This document shows, one piece after another, positions 10,161 to 19,054 of a stretch of 64,000 bases of DNA. The translations under genes and the position numbers were made by a program. Under the pieces are notes generated by a model that did not search any database, was not told the DNA's origin, and saw only the letters and a program-made list of their open reading frames with translations. How positions within the stretch are numbered: position 1 is the stretch's first letter; every line of letters begins with the position of its first letter. This stretch comes from an uncultured Gemmataceae bacterium (lineage in GTDB: Bacteria > Planctomycetota > Planctomycetia > Gemmatales > Gemmataceae), in NCBI GenBank assembly GCA_963750165.1, contig CAVVPN010000011.1, forward strand, positions 1,984,001 through 2,048,000, given 5' to 3'.

Positions 10161-11053
10161 AACGTGTACTCCACGTCGCTGCGCTCGTCCCACAGGCCGC
10201 CGCGAAAGCCGCCGGCTGCGTCCTCCAGCGCCTGCGCGAACGCCAGCGCCGCCGCCCCATCGACGCGGTCCAGCGCCCCGAGTTGCTCCAGCGTCCAGCA
10301 GCCGGTGAACGTCGAGAGCAGGTCCGCCAGCGGCGCCCGGCCGTTGGCCCGCAGCCCGCCCTCCAGCGACGGCATCTCCCCCAGGAAGTCCGCGACACCG
10401 GCCAATGTGCCGTCCTGCAGCAGCGCCGTCCGCATCATCTGCAAGACGCCGACCGCCGCCGCCGTTGGGTTGGTGCCGCCGCGCCGCATCGGCGCGATCT
10501 CCACGAAGCCGCCATCCTCGCGCCGCCGCGACAGCACGAACCGCACCACCTCGTCCGGCCGAGGCAGTTCTCGGCCCAGCAGTTGATAACACAGGCCGAC
10601 CAGGAACGTGTGATAGGTGCTGCTCGTGGCGGCGTCGGTGGCCTTGGCATAGCCGCCGTCGGGCTTGCGGAAGGTCTCCAGCGTGGCGGCGACGCGCTCC
10701 GGCCAGTCGGCGGCGGCGTCGGCCAGCACAACCGGGCCGCCGGCCACCTCCAGCAGCAGGCAGGCGTAGAGCAGCGAGAAAAAGTCGATGACGCTGGCGG
10801 GCTGCGTCAGGCTCTGGCGCAGGAACGCGGCGGCCCGGTCGCAGACGGGCGGTGTCAGAGCGTCGAGCACGGCCAGGCCGCGGAGCGCGAAGCCAGTGTA
10901 GTACAGGTCGGAGCCGCCCTCGCGGCCGGAGAAGCCGCCGTCGGCGTTTTGGGCGCGGGTCAGGTAGGCAGCGTGGCGGGCGCGGAAGTCCGCGGGTTGG
11001 CGAGCCAGGGCGTCGCCCAGGCGGGCGGTCAATTGCTGCAGGTAGGTGGTCAT
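10100..11053 (-). CDS. Prenyltransferase/squalene oxidase repeat protein (GGTase beta-like)
   Basis: Repeated QNADGGF / DGGY / DGGF / EGGL / AGGF motifs; SDLYYT and SDVEYTFY. Confidence 0.85.
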   Translation of the reverse strand: MTTYLQQLTARLGDALARQPADFRARHAAYLTRAQNADGGFSGREGGSDLYYTGFALRGLAVLDALTPPVCDRAAAFLRQSLTQPASVIDFFSLLYACLLLEVAGGPVVLADAAADWPERVAATLETFRKPDGGYAKATDAATSSTYHTFLVGLCYQLLGRELPRPDEVVRFVLSRRREDGGFVEIAPMRRGGTNPTAAAVGVLQMMRTALLQDGTLAGVADFLGEMPSLEGGLRANGRAPLADLLSTFTGCWTLEQLGALDRVDGAAALAFAQALEDAAGGFRGGLWDERSDVEYTFYGLGVVALLSPFTAAAGGG

Positions 11054-11069
11054 GGGATCTGTCTTTCTG

Positions 11070-11109
11070 CCGCTTGTGGCGTAGCGCGTTTCCGCTACGC
11101 CGCAAGCGG
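11070..11109. repeat. REP-like palindrome CCGCTTGTGGCGTAGCG...CGCTACGCCGCAAGCGG
   Basis: Imperfect inverted repeat; a related half copy CGCTAAGCCGCAAGCGGC lies at about 3915-3932. Confidence 0.7.
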
Positions 11110-11124
11110 CAGCAAAGCAGGCGC

Positions 11125-12585
11125 TCACTCCCGCGGGATTTCCTTGTCGCCGACGCCGCCGCGCAGCGGCGTCGTCCGCCGCGGTCGCGGCTTCTCTTCC
11201 TCCTCGCCCTCGGCCTCGTCCTCGGCCCCCTCCACCTGGTTCTCCTTCTCCAGTAGCGCCGCCTTGAGCGACAGTGACATCTTGCGCTGCGCCGCGTCGA
11301 TGCGCAGGATCATCACCTCCACTTCCTGGCCCTCCTTCACCACGTCCGACACGGCGCGGACGCGCTGCGGCGACAATTCGGAAATGTGGACCAGCCCCTC
11401 GACGCCCGCCTCCAGTTCCACGAAGGCGCCGAAGTCCATCAGCTTCGTCACCTTGCCCTTGTAGACGTAGCTGTGGTGGTACTTGCTGTCGATGTCATCC
11501 CAAGGGCTGCGCGTCAGCTGCTTCAGACCGAGGCTGATTTTCCGGTTCTCGCGGTCCACCTTGAGCACGGCCACGCGCACCGACTGGCCTGGCTGCAAAA
11601 TGTCCTCCGGGTTCTTGACGCGCGTCCAGCTCATCTCGCTGACGTGCAGCAGGCCATCGGCGCCGCCGATGTCCACGAAGGCCCCGAACGGTCGCACCGA
11701 ACGCACCACGCCGTCCTTGATCTGGCCTTCTTCCAGAGTCTGCCACAGTTTCTCCCGCGCCTCTTCACGTTCACGCTCCAGCAAATCGCGGCGGCTGACG
11801 ACCAGGTTGCGGTCCTCCTTCGACACCTCGTTGACCACGCACAGCAGCCGCTGGCCAACGTAGCCCTCCGTGTTCTCGACGCGGAACAGCTCGATCTGGC
11901 TGATGGGCATGAAGCCGCGGATGCCGTTGACATCGACTTCCAGGCCGCCCTTGTTGGTGCCGGTGACGCGCGCCTCGACGGTCATGCCGGCGGCAATCGT
12001 GGACCAGTCCGCCTCGACGGCGGCGCCGCGGCGCGTCAGGATCAGCAGGCCGTTGGCGGAATCGTAGCCCTCAATGTGGATGTCCACCTCGGTGCCGATG
12101 GCGGGCGGCCCGTCGGGGAATTGCATCAGCGGCAGCACGCCCTGGCTGCGGCCGCCGGGCACGTCCACGAACACGTCCGGGCCGTGGATGGCGATCACCT
12201 TACCCTTCTTACCGCCCGCCGTGCCCTCACCGGGTTTGGCCCCCTTCTCGGCCTCGTCGCTGTACAGCTCCTTGCCGGACAGGCCGCCCAGCGCGGCCTG
12301 CAGTTCGTCCTCGATTTCCTTGTCGAGATCCCGCAGCCGTGGCGGGGTGCTCATCTGGCGAATCTCATCGACCACGGGCACCGGCTTCTCCCGGGCGGAC
12401 GGCCCCCGCGGCCCACTCCGGCGCGGCGGGCGGGGTCCGCCGCGGTCCACGAAGGGGCGAGGCCGGGGCTCCGTCGGCGGCGACTGCTGCGGCCCGGCAG
12501 CCGGGGCGGCGGGCGTTTCCGGCGGGGGCGGCGGCGCGGTGGCAGGCGTCTCGGCGGTCGGTTGGGGCTGGTCGGTGTCGCTCAT
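11125..12585 (-). CDS. S1 RNA-binding domain protein (RpsA-like, 4 S1 domains)
   Basis: GFMPISQI, FGAFVDIGGADGLLHVSEMSW, FGAFVELEAGVEGLVHISEL. Confidence 0.9.
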   Translation of the reverse strand: MSDTDQPQPTAETPATAPPPPPETPAAPAAGPQQSPPTEPRPRPFVDRGGPRPPRRSGPRGPSAREKPVPVVDEIRQMSTPPRLRDLDKEIEDELQAALGGLSGKELYSDEAEKGAKPGEGTAGGKKGKVIAIHGPDVFVDVPGGRSQGVLPLMQFPDGPPAIGTEVDIHIEGYDSANGLLILTRRGAAVEADWSTIAAGMTVEARVTGTNKGGLEVDVNGIRGFMPISQIELFRVENTEGYVGQRLLCVVNEVSKEDRNLVVSRRDLLEREREEAREKLWQTLEEGQIKDGVVRSVRPFGAFVDIGGADGLLHVSEMSWTRVKNPEDILQPGQSVRVAVLKVDRENRKISLGLKQLTRSPWDDIDSKYHHSYVYKGKVTKLMDFGAFVELEAGVEGLVHISELSPQRVRAVSDVVKEGQEVEVMILRIDAAQRKMSLSLKAALLEKENQVEGAEDEAEGEEEEKPRPRRTTPLRGGVGDKEIPRE

Positions 12586-12601
12586 GGTGTAATTCTCCGC
12601 T

Positions 12602-12670
12602 CTTTCCGTGGTGCGGGCGGGCCGCCTGCACACGCAGCGTGTGCAGGCGGCCCGCCCGCACTACGGAAAG
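12602..12670. repeat. REP doublet GTGGTGCGGGCGGGCCGCCTGCAC...GTGCAGGCGGCCCGCCCGCACTAC
   Basis: Long inverted repeat; same family as 28062-28122. Confidence 0.8.
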
Positions 12671-12681
12671 TCATTGTATCA

Positions 12682-13110
12682 CTACTTCGCGGGCCGGTTC
12701 ATGAAGTCGTAGACGAGCACCTTGCCGACTTGCTTCGTGTACTTCTCAACGAACTCGAGGTGCAGCGGGTGATCGAGGTAGGTCTGCAAGCCGGCGGCGT
12801 CGTCGAAGAGCACGAGCAGGCCGACCTCATAGTCAGTGACCGCGACCTTGGGAGTGGACTTCTCCGCGGGCTTGCCGACCCACAGGCCGCGCACGGTCGG
12901 AATCTTGCGCAGCAGCTTGTTGGTGCCGTCGATGATGCGCTGGACCTCGCCCACGGGGGCGTCCTTCTTGAGGTAGAAGATAACCGAATGCACATACGGA
13001 GCGGTGCTGGGGTTGATGGCGGGCTTCTGCTTCTGGGCCGCGGCGGGCTGCTGGGTCAGGAGCAGGCCGCACAGCGTCAGCAGCGCGGCCGCGATCGTGG
13101 TGCGGATCAT
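12682..13110 (-). CDS. Dabb (stress-responsive A/B barrel) family protein, secreted
   Basis: Signal peptide; YVHSVIFYLK...YEVGLLVLFDD...YLDHPLH. Confidence 0.85.
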   Translation of the reverse strand: MIRTTIAAALLTLCGLLLTQQPAAAQKQKPAINPSTAPYVHSVIFYLKKDAPVGEVQRIIDGTNKLLRKIPTVRGLWVGKPAEKSTPKVAVTDYEVGLLVLFDDAAGLQTYLDHPLHLEFVEKYTKQVGKVLVYDFMNRPAK

Positions 13111-13209
13111 GGTGCGTTCCTCCGGCGAATTTCCTCGGGGACCTCCTGCGGACAGCGTATGAGGCCGTCGCGCCGCGGGCAACGGACGCCGTGGCACTGC
13201 GGATTCCGC

Positions 13210-15552
13210 TCACTTCCCCTTCGCCGACAGCAACTCCACGCTCGCCTCGGCAATCACCGGTCGCCCGTCCCGCATCAATGTTGCCCGCACCACCGCGGCC
13301 CGGTTGAACGGCCCACGCAGCTCCTTCGCGAAGCGCACCGTCAGCACGCCGCGCTCCTGGTTTGCTGCGATCACCAGCGGAGCCGCCGTCACGCCGCGGA
13401 TGTGGTCCGCGACCAGCAGTTCCACCTTGACGCTGCCCTTGAGCTTGTCGCCGCGCAGCACACGCACCGGCAGCGCCACCGTCGCGCCCGGTTCCGCCCG
13501 CAGCGAGGTGCGGCCCACCGCGACACCCAGCGGCCCCGGCTCCACCACCGCCACGATCTGCTCGTTCTGCGCCACTGAACTGAAACTGACCACGTGCTCA
13601 CTGCCGTCCTGGGTCTTGACCGTGGTGATGCCCAGCACGCAGACGCGGCAGGTGCGGCCCGTCTCCATCCACGGCGGCAACTGCACCGCGTACTCGAACT
13701 CCGTCGCGCCCGCCGGCACCACCACCGTCGGCCCCGTCACGCCTTGCAGGTGCCGCGCCTGCCGATCCGCCAGCCGCACCTCAATCGGGCCGTCGTAACC
13801 GATGCGCTCGACAGTGTACTTGCGGGAATGCACGGTGCCGCGCGCCGCCGTGCGCATGTCGTATTCGCCCTTGATCCGGAACGGCGTCGGCAGCGTCACC
13901 GCCAGCAGCACGCGGTCGAGGTTCGCCGGCACGCCGCCCGGCAGCGGCAGTGTCGCAGTGTGCCGCACGACCACGTTGCCCACCTTCGCCGAGCCCTTGA
14001 CGACCACGTGGCCCGCGCGAATGATGGCGCCCGCCTCGGCCTTCAGCGTCACATCCACTGCCAACTGCTTCGCGGCGATCACCGTGCTTGTCGCGGTCAC
14101 GCCGGCCGGCAGCCCCTCGAACTCCAGCTGGATCGGCTGGTCGAACTTGCCCAACCGCTGCGCCAGGATTTTCAGCTTGACCTGGCCGCCGCGCGGCACG
14201 CTGACTGCGTCACTCGCCAGCTGCAAACGGAAGTCCGGCGCTGGCAGCGGCGCGACGCGCAGCCGATAGGCGAACGCCTCGCCGCCGCGCGTGCGGAAGC
14301 GGTCCTGTACGCGCACCGTGATCGCGCCATCTGCCGCGGCGGTGAAGCGCAGCACCGGGTCCTCGACGTTTGCGGCGTTCGCGGCGTTCGCAGAGCGGGC
14401 CAGTTCCTTGCCGGCCGCGTCCAGCACCGCCAGTTCGCCGAGCAGCGGCGAGCCGAGCCGGGCCGCCCGCAGTTCGATGTCGAGAACGTCGCCCTTCTTG
14501 ACGGCGAACCGCCAGTCGTCCATCGCGCCCGGCTTGCCGATGCGGCCGTTACACACCGCCGGGACCGACACCAATTTGCCGGCGTCGCGCTCCGTGATGT
14601 ATTCCGGCATGTCGTCAAGGTCGATGGCGAAGGTGTTGGTCTGCCGGCCCTGGTGGACGAAGCGGACGAAGTGCGTCGGCCCGGTCTTCGGCAGGAAGAC
14701 GGTGATGTGCTGCGGCAACGCCTGGCCGTGCAGCCCGAACGTGACCATGCCACCGCGGCGGCCGCCCAGCGGGTAAACACGGTCCACGTGTGGGCCGGCG
14801 GTGACCGTCAGCCGGTAGACGTGGGCGGGACCACCGCGGAAGTTCGTGTCGTGAATCTTGACCTGATACTTGCCGGCAGCCTTCGCGGTGAAGCGCACGA
14901 ACGGGTCGGCGCCGAAGTGGTCGTCGTTCTCGGCGACGCGGCGGCCGTCGGGGCCGAGCACTTCCAGGCGGGCGTCCAGCGGCGAGCCGAGCCGGGCCGC
15001 GTGGACCTCGCAGCACACCGTCTCGCCCGCCTTCAGGTCGAAGGCCCACAGGTCCACGTCCTCGCGCGGGAAGATGCGTCCGTTGATCGTCACCGGCAGC
15101 CGCACGCCCACCGGCACCGCGGCGCCGTCGATTTCCTCTTCCACGACTTCGGGCAGATCGCCGACCATGAACTTCATTGCCGGGGTGGCGCCCTGGGCGT
15201 TCCACAGCCGCCACGGCCGCGTGCCCAGCGGCGCGTCGGCGGCGATGGCCACCTGGGCGGCGAAGTCCCTGGGGTAATCCTCCGCCTGCTGCGAGTCCGG
15301 CAATGGCAGCAGCGGCCCCTCGAACCACAACGTTTTCATGGCCGTCAGCGTCTTGCTCGCCTGGACGCCGGGGCCGAGCAGCTCCCAGGCACAGGTTTTG
15401 TGCAGATTGAGAGCGCCGACGCGGACGGCGACGGTGGTGCCGCGCTGACCGCCAGCAGGGAAGAGGAACGACGCCACGGGCGCGTCGGCCCGGACGACGG
15501 CGGCGGTGGCGGTGACGAACAGGACGGCGGCAGCGAAGCGTAGTGAGGTCAT
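13210..15552 (-). CDS. Secreted PPC (pre-peptidase C-terminal) domain protein
   Basis: Start MTSLRFAAAV; FPAGGQRGT, NGRIFPREDVD, ARLGSPLD and ENDDHFGADP repeats. Confidence 0.85.
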   Translation of the reverse strand: MTSLRFAAAVLFVTATAAVVRADAPVASFLFPAGGQRGTTVAVRVGALNLHKTCAWELLGPGVQASKTLTAMKTLWFEGPLLPLPDSQQAEDYPRDFAAQVAIAADAPLGTRPWRLWNAQGATPAMKFMVGDLPEVVEEEIDGAAVPVGVRLPVTINGRIFPREDVDLWAFDLKAGETVCCEVHAARLGSPLDARLEVLGPDGRRVAENDDHFGADPFVRFTAKAAGKYQVKIHDTNFRGGPAHVYRLTVTAGPHVDRVYPLGGRRGGMVTFGLHGQALPQHITVFLPKTGPTHFVRFVHQGRQTNTFAIDLDDMPEYITERDAGKLVSVPAVCNGRIGKPGAMDDWRFAVKKGDVLDIELRAARLGSPLLGELAVLDAAGKELARSANAANAANVEDPVLRFTAAADGAITVRVQDRFRTRGGEAFAYRLRVAPLPAPDFRLQLASDAVSVPRGGQVKLKILAQRLGKFDQPIQLEFEGLPAGVTATSTVIAAKQLAVDVTLKAEAGAIIRAGHVVVKGSAKVGNVVVRHTATLPLPGGVPANLDRVLLAVTLPTPFRIKGEYDMRTAARGTVHSRKYTVERIGYDGPIEVRLADRQARHLQGVTGPTVVVPAGATEFEYAVQLPPWMETGRTCRVCVLGITTVKTQDGSEHVVSFSSVAQNEQIVAVVEPGPLGVAVGRTSLRAEPGATVALPVRVLRGDKLKGSVKVELLVADHIRGVTAAPLVIAANQERGVLTVRFAKELRGPFNRAAVVRATLMRDGRPVIAEASVELLSAKGK

Positions 15553-15741
15553 GGCGTGGACTCCGGTGGGTCGGCGGGCGTTTCTCGATGGTAACCGATG
15601 CACTGCGGTGTTGTCGCATTTTTTCAGAGCGCCGACGGTTGGGGGTGGCAAGACCAGACGCCTTGTCCGTCGAGACGCCGCGGACGGCCGGAAACGCCGG
15701 CTCACCGGCAGCGTGCCAACGCGGCTCCATAGAATCCTATC

Positions 15742-16503
15742 ATGACCTCGCAAGCGCAGCACTGGAGCAAGGCCGCCGCGTCCTACGAGACCGACTTCGT
15801 CGATCCGTACCGCGATGACGTGCGCAGCCCCCTCCTGGCCACCCTGCGCAAGCTCGCCAACCCGAAACGCGGCGTCGTCGGCGACCTCGGCTGCGGCATC
15901 GGGCCGCTGCTGCCCTTCCTGGCCGAGCACTTCCACACCGTCCACGCGGTCGATTTCGCCGACGGCATGCTCACGCGCGCTCGCGAACGCTGCGCAGGCG
16001 TGGCCAACGTCGCCTTCCACCTCCAGGCCCTCACCGACCTGACGCCGCTGCACGGCGCTCTGGATGTCGCGGTGTCGGTCAACAGCCTCGTCATGCCAGA
16101 CATCCTCGACCTGGAAGCGTGTTTGCGCGAGATCCACGCTTGCCTGCGGCCCGGCGGCGTCTTTGTCGGCATCCTGCCGGCGATGGACGCCGTCCACTAC
16201 TACACCATGTTGCTCGTCGATCGCGCCCTGGCGGCCGGCAAGCCCAGCGCGGCAGCGCGCAAGAACGCCGCGGCGCTCGGCGAACACCAGTTGTACGACT
16301 TCGCCTTCGGCCAGTTCCGCTACCAGAGCCTCGAGCAGCACTTCTGGCAGCCGTTTGAAATCCGCCACCGCTTCAAGCGCGCCGGCTTCCGCGGCCTCAA
16401 ACTGACGCCGGTGCTGCTGTCGTGGATGCAGTTCGCCTGCGGCGAGGAACTGAAAAGCCTGCCGCCGCCGTGGGACTGGTTCGTGCAGGCCCGCGTAATA
16501 TGA
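15742..16503 (+). CDS. Class I SAM-dependent methyltransferase
   Basis: VGDLGCGIG, VDFADGML, LRPGGVF. Confidence 0.9.
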   Translation: MTSQAQHWSKAAASYETDFVDPYRDDVRSPLLATLRKLANPKRGVVGDLGCGIGPLLPFLAEHFHTVHAVDFADGMLTRARERCAGVANVAFHLQALTDLTPLHGALDVAVSVNSLVMPDILDLEACLREIHACLRPGGVFVGILPAMDAVHYYTMLLVDRALAAGKPSAAARKNAAALGEHQLYDFAFGQFRYQSLEQHFWQPFEIRHRFKRAGFRGLKLTPVLLSWMQFACGEELKSLPPPWDWFVQARVI

Positions 16504-16507
16504 CCGC

Positions 16508-18997
16508 ATGAGCGAACCGGCCACCATTCACCTGCGCGGCGTCCGCGTCCACAACCTCAAAAATGTGGACCTCGATCTGCCGCTGCGCCGCCTCACTGTC
16601 GTTACCGGCGTCAGCGGCGCCGGCAAGAGCAGCCTCGCCTTCGACACCCTCTATGCGGAGTCGCAAAGGCGCGATTTGCAGAGCTTCTCGGCCTACACGC
16701 GGCAGTTCCTGGAGCGCCTCGACAAGCCCGACGCGGACTTCATCGACCAGCTGCCGCCGGCCATTGCGGTCGCGCAGCGTGGCACGGCCCGCGGCCAGCG
16801 CGCCACCGTCGGCACGCTCACCGAGGTCGTCGATTACCTGCGGCTGCTGCTCGCCCGCGCCGGCGAACTGGTGTGCCTCAACTGCGGTCAGCCCGTCCTC
16901 GCCGCCAGCGCCGCCGATGTGGTTGCCGCTGTCGAGGCGCTGCCGGCGGGCACGCGCTTCAGCGTTGCCTTCCCGAGCCGGCCGCCACCGGACACCGACG
17001 CCGCCGCCTGGGCACTCGGACTGCGCGAGGAGGGCTTCGTCCGCCTGCAAGTCGGCGATCACGTGGTCCGCCTCGACGACGGGCCGCCGCCGGAGCTGGC
17101 CGGAGCGGACAGCGTCTTCGTGCTGGTGGACCGCCTGGAAGCGGGCCGCGTGCCGCTACAACGGTTGACCGATTCGGTGGAAACGGCGTTCGCGAAGGGA
17201 CAGGGCCGCCTGGCGCTGCTGACCGAGCCAGGCCGGCTGCCGTTCGACCAGCGGCTGCTGTGCCCACGCTGTGACATCCTCTATCCGCCGCCGGACCCGC
17301 GCCTGCTCAGCTTCAACGACCCGCTCGGCGCCTGTCCCGTCTGCGCCGGCACCGGCGTGCTGCCGAAGCGCGGCCGCGCCGCCGACGAGGTGTGTACCAC
17401 CTGCCACGGCACCCGTCTCAACGACAACGCCCGCACCCTCCGCCTCGCCGGCAAGACCATTGTCGATTTGAGCGCGCTGAGCCTCGCTGCGTTGGCCGAC
17501 TTCTGTGCGACGTTAGCGCTGCCGGAGCGGCGGCAGGCAGCGGCGCGTGTGCCGTTGAATCAGATTCAGGCACGGCTCGGTTATCTGATGGAACTCGAAC
17601 TCGGCTATCTGACGCTCGACCGCCGGGCCGACACACTCTCCGCCGGCGAGGGCCAGCGCGTCCGCCTCACCGCGTCGCTCAGCGCCCAGCTGGTCAACGC
17701 CCTGTACGTGCTCGACGAGCCGACCGTCGGCCTGCACCCGCGCGACACCGACAAACTGCTCGCGGTGCTGCGGCGGCTGCGCGACGCGGGCAACACCGTC
17801 GTCGTTGTCGAGCACGACGCTGACGTGATCCGCGCCGCCGATCATGTTGTGGACCTGGGGCCGGGCGCTGGCGAGGAGGGCGGCAGCGTCGTCTTCCAGG
17901 GCACGCCGGGCAACCTGCGCTTCTGCGAGGAATCGGTCACCGCGGCGTACCTGACGGGGCGGCGCACCATCGCGGTGCCGTCGCGGCGGCGGCCGCTTAA
18001 CCACGGTCAGCTGCGATTGGTCGGCGCGAAGGCCCACAACTTGCAGGACTTGACGGTCGAGTTCCCGCTCGGGGTGCTGTGCGTCGTCACCGGCGTCAGC
18101 GGCGCCGGCAAGAGCAGTTTGGTGGCGGACGAGCTGTATCCGGCCCTGTTGCGGCGCAAGCAGGCCAGGCCGGAGGCCGTGGCGGGCCGCGCGGACGTTC
18201 TCGGCGTCGGCCAGGTTAACGACGTGGTGCTCATGGATCAGACGCCGCTGGCCCGCACTGCTCGCAGCAACGCGGCCACCTACGTCAAGGTCTTCGACGA
18301 GGTGCGCCAGCTGTTCGCCGAGACCAGCGAGGCGCGCGTCCGCAATTTTTCCGCAGCGGACTTCAGCTTCAATCAGCCCGGCGGCCGCTGCGACACCTGC
18401 GAAGGCCAGGGCACTCTCACCGTGGACATGCAGTTCCTCGCCGATGTGACCGTCACCTGCCCGGAGTGCCACGGCCGCCGCTACCAGCGCGACATCCTCA
18501 ACGTCAAGGTGCGCAACCTCGACATCGCCGAGGTGCTCGACCTCACCGTGCGCGAGGCGTTCCGCTTCTTCCGCGCGCAGCACGCCATCGAACGACGGTT
18601 GAAATTGCTGCTGGATGTCGGGCTGGATTATTTGCGACTGGGCCAGTCCGCGGACACGCTCTCGGGCGGCGAATGTCAGCGGCTCAAGCTGGCCGGCAAC
18701 CTCGCCGCCAGCCGGAAGCCGCGCTGCCTCTTTCTGCTCGACGAGCCGACCGCCGGCCTGCACCCCGCAGATGTCAGCCGGCTGCTCGACTGCTTCGACC
18801 GTCTGCTGCAAACGGGCCATTCGCTCGTTGTTGTCGAGCACGACCTGGACGTGATTCAGTGTGCCGATTATGTGATCGACCTCGGCCCGGGTGCGGGCGC
18901 GGCCGGCGGTCGCGTCGTGGCGGCGGGCACGCCGGAGGAGGTGGCGGGCGTAGCGGAGTCGGCCACGGGGCAGGCGCTGCGGCGGGTGCTGGGGTAA
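16508..18997 (+). CDS. uvrA: UvrA-family ABC ATPase (short paralogue)
   Basis: Two GVSGAGKSS Walker A motifs, HNLKNV/HNLQDL, zinc fingers, LSAGEGQR and LSGGECQR, two DEPT motifs. Confidence 0.88.
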   Translation: MSEPATIHLRGVRVHNLKNVDLDLPLRRLTVVTGVSGAGKSSLAFDTLYAESQRRDLQSFSAYTRQFLERLDKPDADFIDQLPPAIAVAQRGTARGQRATVGTLTEVVDYLRLLLARAGELVCLNCGQPVLAASAADVVAAVEALPAGTRFSVAFPSRPPPDTDAAAWALGLREEGFVRLQVGDHVVRLDDGPPPELAGADSVFVLVDRLEAGRVPLQRLTDSVETAFAKGQGRLALLTEPGRLPFDQRLLCPRCDILYPPPDPRLLSFNDPLGACPVCAGTGVLPKRGRAADEVCTTCHGTRLNDNARTLRLAGKTIVDLSALSLAALADFCATLALPERRQAAARVPLNQIQARLGYLMELELGYLTLDRRADTLSAGEGQRVRLTASLSAQLVNALYVLDEPTVGLHPRDTDKLLAVLRRLRDAGNTVVVVEHDADVIRAADHVVDLGPGAGEEGGSVVFQGTPGNLRFCEESVTAAYLTGRRTIAVPSRRRPLNHGQLRLVGAKAHNLQDLTVEFPLGVLCVVTGVSGAGKSSLVADELYPALLRRKQARPEAVAGRADVLGVGQVNDVVLMDQTPLARTARSNAATYVKVFDEVRQLFAETSEARVRNFSAADFSFNQPGGRCDTCEGQGTLTVDMQFLADVTVTCPECHGRRYQRDILNVKVRNLDIAEVLDLTVREAFRFFRAQHAIERRLKLLLDVGLDYLRLGQSADTLSGGECQRLKLAGNLAASRKPRCLFLLDEPTAGLHPADVSRLLDCFDRLLQTGHSLVVVEHDLDVIQCADYVIDLGPGAGAAGGRVVAAGTPEEVAGVAESATGQALRRVLG

Positions 18998-19047
18998 TCC
19001 GAGCCCGAGCGCCAGCGCGGGGCCCCGCGCTGGCGCTCGGGCTCGGA
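18998..19047. repeat. REP palindrome, TCCGAGCCCGAGCGCCAGCG family
   Basis: Perfect 50-bp palindrome between convergent genes; copies at 38343 and 63920. Confidence 0.9.
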
Positions 19048-19054
19048 CGGGCCC

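Noticed and set aside
15553..16527. N-terminal extension of the 1105-aa ORF 13210-16527
   Set aside because: It overlaps the methyltransferase on the opposite strand; the signal peptide starts at ATG 15552.
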